A DNA stretch of 64,000 nt from Octopus vulgaris (Eukaryota): assembly GCA_951406725.2 (NCBI GenBank), contig OX597818.1, forward strand, positions 132,556,001 through 132,620,000, read 5' to 3'. The translations under genes and the position numbers were made by a program. The stretch's first letter is position 1, and each line of letters starts with the position of its first letter. Under the pieces are notes generated by a model that was not told where the DNA came from, did no database searches, and worked only from the letters and a program-made list of their open reading frames with translations. Below are positions 1-13,504 of the stretch, in pieces.

Positions 1-231
1 GCTGTACTCTTTCACCACAACTTTCTCTTAGTCTTACTTCCTGTTTCTGTTGTATTTCAAAGGGCCGGCCTTGTCACTCTCTGTGTCACGCTGAATATCC
101 CCGAGAACTATATTAAGGGTACACGTGTCTGTGGAGTGCTCAGCCACTTACACGTTAATTTCACGTGCAGGCTGTTCCGTAGATTCGTATCAACTGGAAC
201 CCTCGTCGTCGTAACCGACGGAGTTCTTCCA
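1..231 (+). mobile_element. SINE family A, 3' part (cut by window edge)
   Basis: Matches the 3' body of the full copies, ending GTAACCGACGGAGTTCTTCCA. Confidence 0.9.
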
Positions 232-464
232 TATACGTGTATATATTCAAATACTTTAAAGAATTAGGTAGTAATTTACTAAGGTGCCATTATATGAGAT
301 TCATATAGACATATGTATGTATGTGTGTGTGCACGTGTGTGTGCGTATGTGTGTAAGTATAAATATTTGTTTGTATGTGTATTTATGTATGTATATATGA
401 ATAGAGCGTTTAGCAAGACACACTTAAGCAGTTTCCCAATTATTGTCGTCCAAACATTTTAATC

Positions 465-790
465 ATTTGAGTTTCTCGCCAAAGACAACACTTTCGTACC
501 CACCCTGTTTGCCAGATTTAGCATCTGCTAACTTCCATCTCTTCCCCGAGATGAAAATGCAGCTGGAAGGTCGCCGTTATAACACCGTTGTCGTGATCCA
601 GAGCGAATCGCATAAGGTCCTCGACTCGCTTAAGGAAAACAACTTCCAGGCCGGATTCCAAGAGCTGCAGGACCGGTGCATTGCTGCACAAAGTGACTAT
701 TTCGAAGGGGATGATGTTAAAACTTCGGTAAATAAATTATTATTTTTTTTTATTAAACACAACTTTCTGAGAACCTTTTGATTCCACCTC
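465..790 (+). pseudogene. mariner transposase C-terminal relic with right end
   Basis: ORF 443-781 contains YPPCLPDLASANFHLFPEMK (degenerate YSPDLAPxDF motif) and RCIAAQSDYFEGD, the typical mariner C-terminus. Confidence 0.85.
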
Positions 791-892
791 AAAGTCCTAG
801 ATATAATCCATTTTAATGCTGTAGGGTACGACTTAAAATAATTCAGCGGCTATATATAACGAGTCGGACGATCCTGCAGCGGTACTCTTATC

Positions 893-1304
893 AGCGAGTT
901 GGCAGAAACGTTAGCACGTCGGGCGAAATGCTTAGCGGTATTTCGTCTGCCGTTACGTTCTGAGTTCAAATTCCGCCGAGGTCCACTTTGCCTTTCATCC
1001 TTTCGGGGTCGATTAAATAAGTACCAGTTACACACTGGAGTCGATGTAATCGACTTAATTCGTTTGTCTGTCCTTGTTTGCCCCCTCTGTGTTTAGCCTC
1101 TTGTGGGTAATAAAGAAATAGGTATTTCGTCTGCCGTTACGTTCTGAGTTCAAATTCCGCTGAGGTCGACTTTGCCTTTCATCCTTTCGGGGTCAATAAA
1201 TTAAGCACCAGTTACGCACTGGGGTCGATGTAATCGACTTAATACCTATGTCTGTCCTTGTTTGTCCCCTCTGTGTTTAGCCCCTTGTGGGTAGTAAAGA
1301 AATA
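893..1304 (+). mobile_element. SINE family C (MetaSINE-like central domain), head plus two units
   Basis: tRNA-like head, GCCTTTCATCCTTTCGGGGTCGAT core, two tandem units; TSD GGTACTCTTATC at 881-892 and 1305-1316. Confidence 0.9.
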
Positions 1305-1539
1305 GGTACTCTTATCGGCCCTAAGATTTCTCCGTCTTTCATTGCTGTTTGTTTTCCTTGGAAAAAAAAAATTCAATATATCTGTTTGCTGACCTATAAT
1401 TCTTTTTAGAGTTTTGCCAGTGTTAAAGACAGTGACGATGAACTGCTGACGATATCAGAAACTAGTCAGATCAATATGATAGATGTTTGCTTGTGCATTT
1501 ATAAATTTTGACTTATGAATGGTAATTTTGATTTATGAA

Positions 1540-1860
1540 TGGTTAAAAAAAAAAAAGCTGGGAAGAAATTCTGGAATGTTCATGTTTCTGGGTGGGACGG
1601 AAGGACGGATGGATGGATGAAAAGATTTTGTGTAATGGTTAATGTGGGAATTATGGTATGATTGAGATGCAGTAGGAGTAACGGTAAGAGAAAAGGGAGC
1701 TATGACGAATGAGCTTGGATAGAGGTCGGTGTGGAAGCAATTAGCTACTCTAAGGAGCAGAGAGCATGATAATAGGGAGACAATCAGCGGAATGAAGGAA
1801 CAAGGTATGCACGTAGTCAATGGATTAGTGAATTAGTCGTTGCTCATCTATCGAGAGATA
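1540..1860 (-). mobile_element. possible decayed CR1/L2-type LINE 3' end
   Basis: Translation HINHYTKSFHP loosely resembles the ORF2 C-terminal RTxxYxxSFxP motif; weak. Confidence 0.3.
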
Positions 1861-1905
1861 AAACAACGACAAAGCTATATTGGGTGGCTTCGTTGTTGTT
1901 TAACC

Positions 1906-2290
1906 GGAGGCGCAATGGCCCAGTGATTAGGGCAGCGGACTCGCGGTCATAGGATCGCGGTTTCGATTCCCAGACTGGGCGTTGTGAGTGTTTATTGAGC
2001 GAAAACACCTAAAAGCTCCACGAGGCTCCGGCAGGGGATGGTGGTGATCCCTGCTGTACTCTTTCACCACAACTTTCTCTCACTCTTACTTCCTGTTTCT
2101 GTTGTACCTGTATTTCAAAGGGCCGGCCTTGTCACTCTCTGTGTCACGCTGAATATCCCCGAGAACTACGTTAAGGGTGCACGTGTCTGTGGAGTGCTCA
2201 GCCACTTACACGTTAATTTCACGAGCAGGCTGTTCCGTTGATTCGGATCAACCGGAACCCTCGTCGTCGTAACCGACGGAGTGCTTCCAC
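1906..2290 (+). mobile_element. SINE family A (tRNA-derived, OR1/OR2-like), full length
   Basis: A box TGGCCCAGTGA/GG, B box GGTTTCGATTCC; TSD TGTTGTTTAACC on both sides. Confidence 0.95.
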
Positions 2291-2828
2291 TGTTGTTTAA
2301 CCTCAGATAAGACCATGGCTAAATGTTGTTCCAGTTGTGACTCTCCCACTTTTTTTCGGATCTGACATATCTGAGAATAAAACAACCACTACATATTTCT
2401 TCTGCTAAGATGGGAAAATTTGATGTAAGAGTGTAATTATTATTGTTGTTTAAGTCCCAGGTCAGCCCCGATAGAGATTGTTTATCATTACCTGGTCAAA
2501 TTTATCCAAATCTTTAGGAGAGTTGACTGTGATATGGAGAGTGAGATAGAAATTAGCTGTTATTAAGAAACATCTGATAAGGGAATCGTAAACACAATTC
2601 TCTTAAAATTAAGTGAAAAGGTTCCCTCATTAGCTTTTAGCTTTAATGTCTTTTCTTCTGATATATATATATATACATACATACAAATATGCATATATAT
2701 ATATATGTATATATACATATATATATATACATAAATTTTAAATAAGGATAATATCGATATTTAAATATCGATATTATCAAGTGGCCAGCATGGGAAAAAA
2801 TACCGTACAAAGGTAATAATTTTTTTAC

Positions 2829-2967
2829 AACTAAAAATAAGGGTGTCCGAGAGACACCACCATGCCGAAATAGGAGTCAAAACCCTGACTTTAAAAACCA
2901 CGTTAAATGTCAGTGTTTTGACTGCTATTTCGGCATGGTGGTGTCTCTCAGACACCTTTATTTTTAG

Positions 2968-2969
<2 letters not shown>
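2829..2969. repeat. fold-back inverted repeat, arms about 63 bp
   Basis: AACTAAAAATAAGGGTGTCCGAGAGACACC... is mirrored by ...GGTGTCTCTCAGACACCTTTATTTTTAGTT. Confidence 0.9.
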
Positions 2970-3020
<51 letters not shown>

Positions 3021-3645
3021 TATGTATGTGCATGTATGAATCTATGTATGTATGTATGTATGTATGTATGTATGTATGTATGTATGTATGTATGTATGTA
3101 TTGTCAAATAGATTTGAGGTTATTTTTGTCTAGATATGGAAATTCCCCTTTCTTTTCCTTCTATGAAGAAATTATAAAAAAAAAGTAGAATAATGTTAGA
3201 AATCGAGATGAGAAGAACATCAAAAACACATAATTTACCAAAAAAACAAAAAAAAACCCAGTTTTTATTTGAAAGGAAAAACCATGTGTTACAAATAAAC
3301 GAATTCAGAGACAGATAGAGGAGTGGGGGTAAGGGTGAGGAAATTTGATTCTATAACTTACATGTGTGTGTGTGTGTGTGTAAACATGTATTTATATACT
3401 TATAGAATAATACATTTGCACAAGTATGTATATTTATACACACACACACACACAAACATATACACGTATTTATATATATACCTTTGTATATATATATGCA
3501 TACATATATACATATTATACATACATATACATTTATATATATGTATATATGTCCGTGTTTTTTGTGTCTTCTTCTAAATGTTTCACGTTCTTGTCCCAGT
3601 TTGTATATTTTTTTTATTTTTACATATATATATATACACTTATTC

Positions 3646-3676
<31 letters not shown>

Positions 3677-3833
3677 CACACACATTTATATATACACACA
3701 TGCACACGAATATATATATATATATATATATATGCACTCACTTTCGCTTGTCTCAAATGTTATACATGCGCACATACGTATATATGTACATGTGCGCGCG
3801 CACACACACACTCACACATATATATATATAATG

Positions 3834-3875
<42 letters not shown>

Positions 3876-4844
3876 CAGGCATATATTAGTGTGTATGTGG
3901 GGATTTGTTGGTGTTATTTTAGGGATTAGAACGACATTAATTATCTTGCTGAGTTTTTTTTTTTTTTACAGACTGCAAAATAAGGAATTAAAAATATATC
4001 TTTCTTTTACATGAATATGATAAAAGTACATTCGTTTAACCATTCTTTCGATTGTTTTATTTTATATATTCTTCCTCTTTTGTTCTGTTATTTTATATAT
4101 CTATTTATTTATATTAGAAATATAAAAATATAACAGATAGATTACTTGATAAAATTCTTCAGATAAATAAATGTAAACGGGGGGGGGGGGGGAAGAAAAA
4201 GGAATAAAAAGATAAATAGAAAAAGAATATGCAAAATTGAAATAGGACACTCTCCTGCTTTACATCAAAAGTCAACACACGCACACACACAAATATATGC
4301 ATATAAATATGTATGTATATATATATATGTGTGTGTGTACATTTATCCATATGCATATATGTATGTTTATATATTTATATACGTGTGTATGTGTAAGTGT
4401 GTGTGTGTGTGTGTGATGATAAATCACTGATAAAAAAAAAAGTATCAACTAGAAAAAGACAAATTGGATGTATGCGTTTAGGTAGCATAAATAAATATAT
4501 GAATCGATATAATTGCACTTACACAAGCACATATTGCATATGTGCAGCACACATTGCATATGTGCAACACACATTGCATATGTGCAGCACACATGCATAT
4601 TCTCAGTTACACACGCATCTCTGTATATATTTAGCAAAAACCAGTGTTTCAATACAAGAGACTAGTAGATAATATTATAGCAATATGTGGACGATTCAGA
4701 TCGAAAATGAAACAGAACGAACACAACTGTTTAGTTTAAGTTTACAAAATGCATACAACTTGTAAAGTATCACATACACACATATCTATAATACATACAT
4801 TTTACGTCTATATCTATGCTAATTTAGTTATCTTTCTCCGTCTC

Positions 4845-5365
<521 letters not shown>

Positions 5366-6147
5366 AAAATAAATATAAGAGAGTGGTCACTATATGGCTC
5401 ACTCTAGCACCATATATATATATATATATATATTGATGAAAACAGCCGAATATGATTGAGTATTTACCCTTAGAAAATGGAAAAGATTTGCCGAAAGGCA
5501 GCTACGGAGAATCGAACCCGATACCTGTCAGGTACGAAGTGCAGGTGTGCATTGGTAAACGCGGTAAACACTTGAGTTTACAAGCAAACAAAAAAAAAAA
5601 ATGCACTTGGTACATGATCTACTGTTTGTATCTTTTTCAGAAGGTATTTCTTCTTGAATTGCTACTCTAAGTTTCACGATGACCGAGTTTCACGATGAAA
5701 TATTATATTCCAATGAATGTAGAAGAGAAGTTGTGTGACAATGTAAAAGCAAAATTATTCGTAAGCACATCGACATATGCTTAATCACCGGAATTTGATC
5801 GATTCCGTCTCAGTAACAAAAAAAAAGGGGGCTAAGAAAATATCTCAGATTCATGTATGATAATCAGAGCACATTGAGAATTCATATATTAGCATGCAAA
5901 ATATTGTGATATTTTCGTGTCTTATATATATGTAAATTATAGTAAAGCAAGGAAAATTGATACTTATTTCTTTATTGCCCTCAAGGCTAAACACAGAGAG
6001 GTTTCTGAGGAAAATTGATACTGTTGATGTATTTTTATTGTTGAATGAAAACTGATTTTTTTTGTAGTTTGTAACATTATTTTGTAGTGTAAGAAAATCA
6101 TAAACTATTTTCGCCAATTTGTATTAGAGACTTCTCAATAAATATTG

Positions 6148-6368
6148 GTTTCAAATTTTGGCACTATGCCAGTAATTTTGTGGGTGGGGGGGATAATTCG
6201 ATTATATCGACCCCAGTACACGGCTGGTACTTATTTTATCGACTCCGAAAAGTTGAAAGACAAAATCGACCTTGGCGGTATTCGAACCCAGAACGTAAAG
6301 ACGGACGTGATGTTGCTAAGCATTTTACCCGGCGTTCTAACGATTCTGCCAGCACGCCGCCTTGAAGT
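6148..6368 (-). mobile_element. older SINE C-related copy with an alternative tail
   Basis: Degenerate head and core; TSD TTCTCAATAAATATTG at 6132-6147 and 6369-6384. Confidence 0.8.
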
Positions 6369-6814
6369 TTCTCAATAAATATTGATAGAAATATTCTGAC
6401 GAATTCATCACGGCACTTTTGTTCAGTGTTGCGGCACATTATGACATAATAGTTTACTACTCAGAGAGGCAAAGACTACATCTTATGAAACAATTAATAT
6501 AGTCGGTTTAATATAGAAGAATCAATATAAAAACCAATCAGCTTTATATTTTTAAATAATGTATATACTGTTATGGAAGCGACTGAGATTTTGGTGCCAT
6601 TGTTGCTAGCCTTGGCGGTAATTCTGTTAAATGTTATATATCAATCGTCTATGGGGAAATATTTCTTTGCAAGGTTTGGGAAAGTACCGGTAATATTGAA
6701 AAGAACGTTTAAAGTAAATGAAGAATTATACAATACAATATTTCGTTTCTATCTGTTGGAGGTCTCTCAGTATTTGTACTGTTTTTATATATCACATTTC
6801 CTATATTTGAAGCT

Positions 6815-7205
6815 GTGGAGGCGCAATGGCCCAGTGGTTAGGGCAGCGGACTCGCGGTCGTAGGATCGCGATTTCGATTCCCAGACCGGGCGTTGTGAGT
6901 GTTTATTGAGCGAAAACACCTAAAAGCTCCACGAGGCTCCGGCAGGGGATGGTGGTAATCCCTGCTGTACTCTTTCACCACAACTTTCTCTCACTCTTAC
7001 TTCCTGTTTCTGTTGTACCTGTATTTCAAGGGGCCGGCCTTGTCATTCTCTGTGTCACGCTGAATATCCCCGAGAACTACGTTAAGGGTACACGTGTCTG
7101 TGGAGTGCTCAGCCACTTACACGTTAATTTCACGAGCAGGCTGTTCCGTTGATTCGGATCAACCGGAACCCTCGTCGTCGTAATCGACGGAGTGCTTCCA
7201 TGTCC
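6815..7205 (+). mobile_element. SINE family A, full length
   Basis: Near-identical to 1906-2290; TSD ATTTGAAGCT. Confidence 0.95.
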
Positions 7206-7650
7206 ATTTGAAGCTACTGTTTTTAATGCATCAACGTAACAATGATTTAATACATCAATGTAACGATGTATGATTAAAGAATTCTTCGTCAAATGATAAA
7301 CTGGATACGTTCTTACATATAATATCAGTTGCCCCAAGGGTTTTTGAGAGAGAAAGTTAAAATGAATATTAATATAATGCAACTTGTCGTCAGGTTTATC
7401 TTAGAGCAATGTTTACCAGTACATAAATATAGAGTGATATCTAAGAAATTAACAATACTTAGATCCGTATTACCGTCATTTTAAAATAAAACTGTCCGAA
7501 TATGTTAGCAAATTGTTTCTTAACAACATTGGGAAATCATTCACACCTTTCGCACTGACTAGAGCTTCATCATGGTTAAGACCTAATCATGGTTAATAAC
7601 TAATCATGGTTAAGGCTAATCATAGTTAAGGCTAATCGGTTATGTCGACC

Positions 7651-7887
7651 GATAAAAGCGGCGAACAGGCAGAAACGTTAGCACGCCGGGTGAAATGCGT
7701 AGCCGTATTTCGTCTGCCGTTATGTTCTGAGTTCGAATTCCGCCGAGGTCGACTTTGCCTTTCATCCTTTCGGGGTCGATAAATTAAGTACCAGTTACGC
7801 ACTGGGGTCGATATAATCGACTTAATCCGTTTGTCTGTCCTTGTTTGTTCCCTCTGTGTTTAGCCCCTTGTGGGTAGTAAAGAAATA
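7651..7887 (+). mobile_element. SINE family C monomer
   Basis: TSD GGTTATGTCGACC at 7638-7650 and 7888-7900; inserted into an older degenerate C-like copy. Confidence 0.9.
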
Positions 7888-8590
7888 GGTTATGTCGACC
7901 CCAAAGCTCAACTGGTACTTATTTCCATCCTTTGTGGATGAAAGGCAATGTTGATTTCGGTGAAATTTGAACTTAGGCTCTAAAGAGCCGGAAGAAATGC
8001 CAATAAGAATTTTGTCCCATGCTCTTACGATTCTGTAACTCACCGTCCTTAATATTAGCTGCTACTAATTTGGGCCCAAAACCATTAATTTTGAGGGAAG
8101 AGGATTTTTCAATGACATCGATTCCAGTTTATTTAGAGATGGAAGATTGGGGTTTGTCGAAACCTTCCACCCCCGTATTTGATTGATCCCTTATTTTATC
8201 AACCAAAAGAATGAAAGATGAAGGTGACCTCGGCAGGATTTGATCCCAGAACATAGATTTGGAAGAAATACTTCGAGGCATTTTGTGCGGTGTTTTAACG
8301 ATTATGTCAATCCGCCGCCTCTCAACTCTGTACTATTTGCATTTGAGAGTCCTTAGGGATGTATCAATAAAAGCTTTCGATTATGAAACATGCAGCTTCT
8401 TATCAGAATCAACGGAACAACCTGCTCGTGAAATTAACGTGTACGTGGCTGAGCACTCCACAGACACGTGTACTCTTAACGTAGTTCTCGGGGATATTCA
8501 TCGTCATCGCCACCGGCTATCAGCCGACCAAACAATCCACTAGACAGAAATGATATTGTTTGTTCGAGTCTTTCGTTGTTTTATTTATTA

Positions 8591-9058
8591 CAAGCAGTAT
8601 CGCCCGGCGTTGCTCGGGTTTGTAAGGGAAATAACTATAAAGCATTTTTAGAGAGTTATCAGTATTTCCATTATTATTATCATCACTATTCCATACACTC
8701 CTCCTTCTGCTTCTTTTCATCGTCAGCAAAAAAATGGGGAAAAAATGATGGTAAGTTTTTTTTGAGAGTTAAAAAGGTCGAGTTGCGTCCCCTAGACCAT
8801 CTGTGGTTTGTGTTTCTAATTGTCGACCCCATGTCGAATTTATCGATCTTTTTCAGAACTGGAGGAACTTTTCAAAATTTTCGCTGCGTTAGTTTTGAAT
8901 TATGACATTGGGCTATGTGTGTATCAAGTTTCATCAGAATCGGCTACAGAAACCCCAGTTTGGGTTAGCCATATTGAGGGCTACAACCTAAAAATGACAT
9001 ACAGATTTCGCGCACAGACACGCCGGGACAAACTGCTAGTTTATATATATTGGGAAGA
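8591..9058 (-). mobile_element. non-autonomous Helitron
   Basis: Minus strand begins TC after A and ends with hairpin CCCGAGCAACGCCGGG plus CTTG (mutated CTAG) before T; no TSD. Confidence 0.75.
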
Positions 9059-9610
9059 TTTGAACAGGCAGAGGAAAGATGGATATCGAATTTTGCACTC
9101 AGCCAAAGTCATAATGCCGATGGCAACATTCGAACTCACGACGCTTACATCAATTGTTTAAATTACTTTAGCCACAAAGCCATTTCGTCCCTGAGAGGGT
9201 GTAAATGAGAGAGAGAGAGAGAGATTGTTATGAAGTAGCCATCATTGATAATAAAATACACAGACTGCTGGATGTTTCAAGGAAAGAAGAAAACCAAATG
9301 TTATTTTCGTCTTTTATTTCCTGTTAAAAAGCGATGCGCTTTTTTTACTGCCTTAATTTACGCTGATTTGTCTCTTTTCCAAACATTAAAAGTAAATGAA
9401 CACTTAAATAACAATAAAGTGTAAGTAAATGACCATGAATAATGGGTAATTGCATAATTTTCATCAAAATAGAAATAGATTGCCAGATATTTTTATTTCA
9501 AAAGGCGTGTGGGCAGCACATTCCGGAGAAATGGTTGAGTGACGGATAAAACGCATTACAACGTTCAACGTTCAGCTCTGTAATTCTATAATTTCAATTC
9601 CAGTCATACC

Positions 9611-10418
9611 TATTTCTTTATTACTCACAAGGGGCTAAACACAGAGGGGACAAACAAGGACAGACATAGGTATTAAGTCGATTACATCGACCCCAGTGCG
9701 TAACTGGTACTTAATTTATCGACCCCGAAAGGATGAAAGGCAAAGTCGACCTCGGTTGAATTTGAACTCACAACATAACGCAGACGAAATACCTATTTCT
9801 ATTTCTTTATTACCCACAAGGGGCTAAACACAGAGGGGACAAACAAGGACAGACATAGGTATTAAGTCAATTACATCGACCCCAGTGCGTAACTAGTACT
9901 TAATTTATCGACCCCGAAAGGATGAAAGTCGACCTCGGCGGAATTTGAACTCACAACATAACGCAGACGAAATACCTATTTCTTTATTACCCACAAGGGG
10001 CTAAACACAGAGGGGACAAACAAGGACAGACATAGGTATTAAGTCGATTACATCGACCCCAGTGCGTAACTGGTACTTAATTTATCGACTCCGAAAGGAT
10101 GAAAGGCAAAGTCGACCTCGGCTGAATTTGAACTCACAACGTAACGCAGACGAAATACCTATTTCTATTTCTTTATTACCCACAAGGGGCTAAACACAGA
10201 GGGGGACAAACAAGGACAGACATAGGTATTAAGTCGATTACATCGATCCCAGTGCGTAACTGGTACTTAATTTATCGACCCCGAAAGGATGAAAGGCAAA
10301 GTCGACCTCGGCGGAATTTGAACTCACAACGTAACGCAGACGAAATACCTATTTCTATTTCTTTATTACCCACAAGGGGCTAAACACAGAGGGGGATAAA
10401 CAAGGACAGACATAGGTA
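9611..10418 (-). repeat. tandem array of about 4.4 SINE C internal units (about 183-190 bp), headless
   Basis: Units start near 9611, 9795, 9977, 10160, 10350, each joined at GACGAAATACC|TATTTC. Confidence 0.92.
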
Positions 10419-10762
10419 CAATACAGCTAGTACCGCAATGGAATAAATTAACTACACTTCGATCATAAACTGTGTGGCCTTGGAAAATAAGTATAATAAC
10501 GAAAGCTGTCGATTGATAGAACCGTAGAACGTCATGCAGGATGTTTTGAGCGTTGTGATTGCTCTACATTTCGAATTCAAATCCGGTTGAAGTCGAGTAC
10601 TTTGATTGTCATCCTTTCGTGGATAATCAGAATAAGTGTTATCGAAGTCGGTATAATCATGAAATAGTCATATCAAAGGAGTCAAATGTATCTAAGTTAT
10701 TCGTACCATTTTTGTGAATCAAAAACTATCAAAAATGTTCAGACTGACATATAGTTTTGTTT

Positions 10763-10824
<62 letters not shown>

Positions 10825-10847
10825 GATAGATAGATAGATATATATAT

Positions 10848-10913
<66 letters not shown>

Positions 10914-11462
10914 TGATTGATAAAGTGACATGGTAAATATCACAACCGACAACTCTCTGATCAGTGTCAAACGTGCACAGCTAACAACTAATACGAACGG
11001 GGAAACAGCAACTGTTGTGTTCCAACCCCCCTGTGATCGCGACCAGAGCATACTGAGATACAAAACGGAAGTGGACACAAGAAGTAAAACGTAAATAACT
11101 CAGATTACTAACAGCATCTGGAAAAACTGTGTCGCTATTTAAGTGCACGGTATAGTCCTTAAGTGGAAGAATGGAGAACCTTAAACTTATAGATCAGTAG
11201 AGTCAACTGACAACTTGCAAATCAGATGTCAGAACGATTTGTCCTAGATTTAAGTGACAACAATAACAAATATTTTGGTGTATCAGATTTGTTTTACCTC
11301 TTTGTACCAGAAATTGCTGAAGGTAAACCAAGTGATTTCGAAGCAAAATGATATTATGTATGTTTTGAAATGTACCCAGATCTGAAGCCAATATATACTT
11401 TGTGTGAAATACAGTTCTTTCCGTGTATTATTATTGTTACCGACTGAGCACTGTAATGTATA

Positions 11463-11641
11463 TACTCTTTTACTTGTTTCAGTCATTTGACTGCGGCCAT
11501 GCTGGAGCACCGCCTTTTGGTCGAGCAAATCGACCCCGGGACTTATTCTTTGTAAGCCCAGTACTTATTCTATCGGTCTTTTTTGCCGAACACCAGCATC
11601 GGTTGTCAAGCAATGCTAGGGGGACAAACACAGACAAACAA

Positions 11642-11676
<35 letters not shown>

Positions 11677-11845
11677 CATATATAAGACAGGCTTCTTTCA
11701 GTTTCCGTCTACCAAATCCACCCACAAGGCATTGGTCGGCCCGGGGCTATAGCAGAAGACACTTGCCGAAGATGCCACGCAGTGGGACTGAACCCGGAAC
11801 CATGTGGTAGGTTAGCAAGCTACTTACCACACAGCCACTCCTGCG
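11463..11845 (-). mobile_element. SINE family D (tRNA head, CORE-like segment, internal CA/TA tract, AAAGAGT tail)
   Basis: Head GCAGGAGTGGCTGTGTGGTAAG...GGGTTCAGTCCC; small internal deletion. Confidence 0.9.
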
Positions 11846-12224
11846 GTTTTTTTTTTTAAATACGAATATATAAATTTAAATGTGAGAAAAAATGAAAGGA
11901 TAAATTTTCTATTTTCCAAATGTATGAGAAACTTTTGAGTAAGATATTCTTTAGTCCAATTCAGCATTACATTTTGACTTATTTATTTAGAGAAGGGACA
12001 GTTTCAATGGCCCCTAATCAGGGTCATCGAGTTGGGTGCGAGGAAGGGAAGTAGTTTTACTCAGATCACAAACCTAACCCGAGTACTTGCAATACAATGA
12101 GCTCCACTAAAACTCCCAAGAGTCGAGTGGTAAATGTCAAACTCAACGATGGATTAAATCTAACCACCTTCCAAAGACCGTTTACCAAATTTCATTCACA
12201 AGACTTTGGTCGACTCAAGACTAT

Positions 12225-12573
12225 GGAATGGAAGCACTCCGTCGGTTACGACGACGAGGGTTCCGGTTGATCCGAATCAACGGAACAGCCTGCTTGTGAA
12301 ATTAACGTGTAAGTGGCTGAGCACTCCACAGACACGTGTACCCTTAACGTAGTTCTCGGGGATATTCAGCGTGACACAGAGAGGGACAAGGCTGGCCCTT
12401 TGAAATACAGGTGAAAGAGTACAGCAGGGATCACCACCATCCCCTGCCGGAGCCTCGTGGAGCTTTAGGTGTTTTCGCTCAATAAACACTCACAACGCCC
12501 GGTCTGGGAATCGAAACCACAATCCTATGACCGCGAGTCCGCTGCCCTAACCACTGGGCCATTGCGCCTCCAC
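12225..12573 (-). mobile_element. SINE family A with about 40-bp internal deletion
   Basis: TSD ACTCAAGACTAT; sits inside a decayed family D copy. Confidence 0.92.
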
Positions 12574-12995
12574 ACTCAAGACTATACCGTGCATAGGGAC
12601 TGAAACCTTAGATTGAAGAAATCTATGATGAAAGATATTCTACCTGTAATCTTCGTAACGTGTTGTACATCTAGGATTACTTTGTCCAACATTTACTTAA
12701 TATAAAAATATTAATATTAATATTAAATGGTTGGATGAGATGTGAGGGAATTAGGCTGTTGTCTCAAACAGATCGACAAATTGCATAGAAGATTCCTCCA
12801 AGTTATTTGTGTTGCTTATTTAATGGTGTTCTTTGAACACTTAACAGCGATTTGCTATGATCGGAGACTTTTATATTATCACCATCCCCAATTCATCCCT
12901 GGCCGTAAAGCCTATGCCACAATGTATTCAAACCATCAGCAACGATAGACAGTTGATATTTGTTTTAACACAATTGCTAATTATTATATAAGTTA

Positions 12996-13504
12996 CTAGC
13001 AGTATCGCCCGGCGTTGCTCGGGTTTGTAAGGGAAATAACTATATAAGCATTTTTAGAGAGTTACTTCCCTTATAGATGCCAATTCGGGCTTTCTTAGCC
13101 ATTTCTGTTTTGGTGTCTTCAAGCCATGAAGTCGTTGTTCTAAAAGAACGCTGGTCTCCTTGACAACGCATTACGACGTTGATTTCTTACACTCCCTTCC
13201 CCACAGCTTCACGAGGGAGGGAAGGGGGAGAAGCAAACAGGTGCAGCTGTGAGCGTGGACGCCAACTCCGCCGCCATCGACACACGAAAAATTATGCATT
13301 AAAATGGAATAAAAAATGATGTTAAATTATTTTTAAAATCGTAGACTCATCGTAGACGCGCGCTTATACTCAGACGGGCTCGATATGAATCACGACTATA
13401 AGATACCCGCTTTTGGTTACATTGCACCGCAAAATGTGGGAGTAGTTAGGAATCTAAATCGAAGAGGACAGACACTCACACAACTAGAGTTTTATATATA
13501 AAGA
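12996..13504 (-). mobile_element. non-autonomous Helitron
   Basis: 5' TCTTTATATATAAAA after A, 3' GC-rich hairpin plus CTAG before T; shares its 3' about 70 bp with 8591-9058. Confidence 0.8.

Noticed and set aside
1430-1472. Hammerhead-like GTGACGA..GAAACTAGTC
   Set aside because: Core mismatch and no convincing stem I; a similarly weak match at about 24949 was also dropped
2038-2241. Recurrent 67-aa ORF MVVIPAVLFHH.. found about seven times
   Set aside because: Incidental frame inside SINE A; broken in other copies; no coding signature
9611-10418. Retrozyme (hammerhead-containing tandem repeat)
   Set aside because: No CUGANGA..GAAA core on either strand of the SINE C unit
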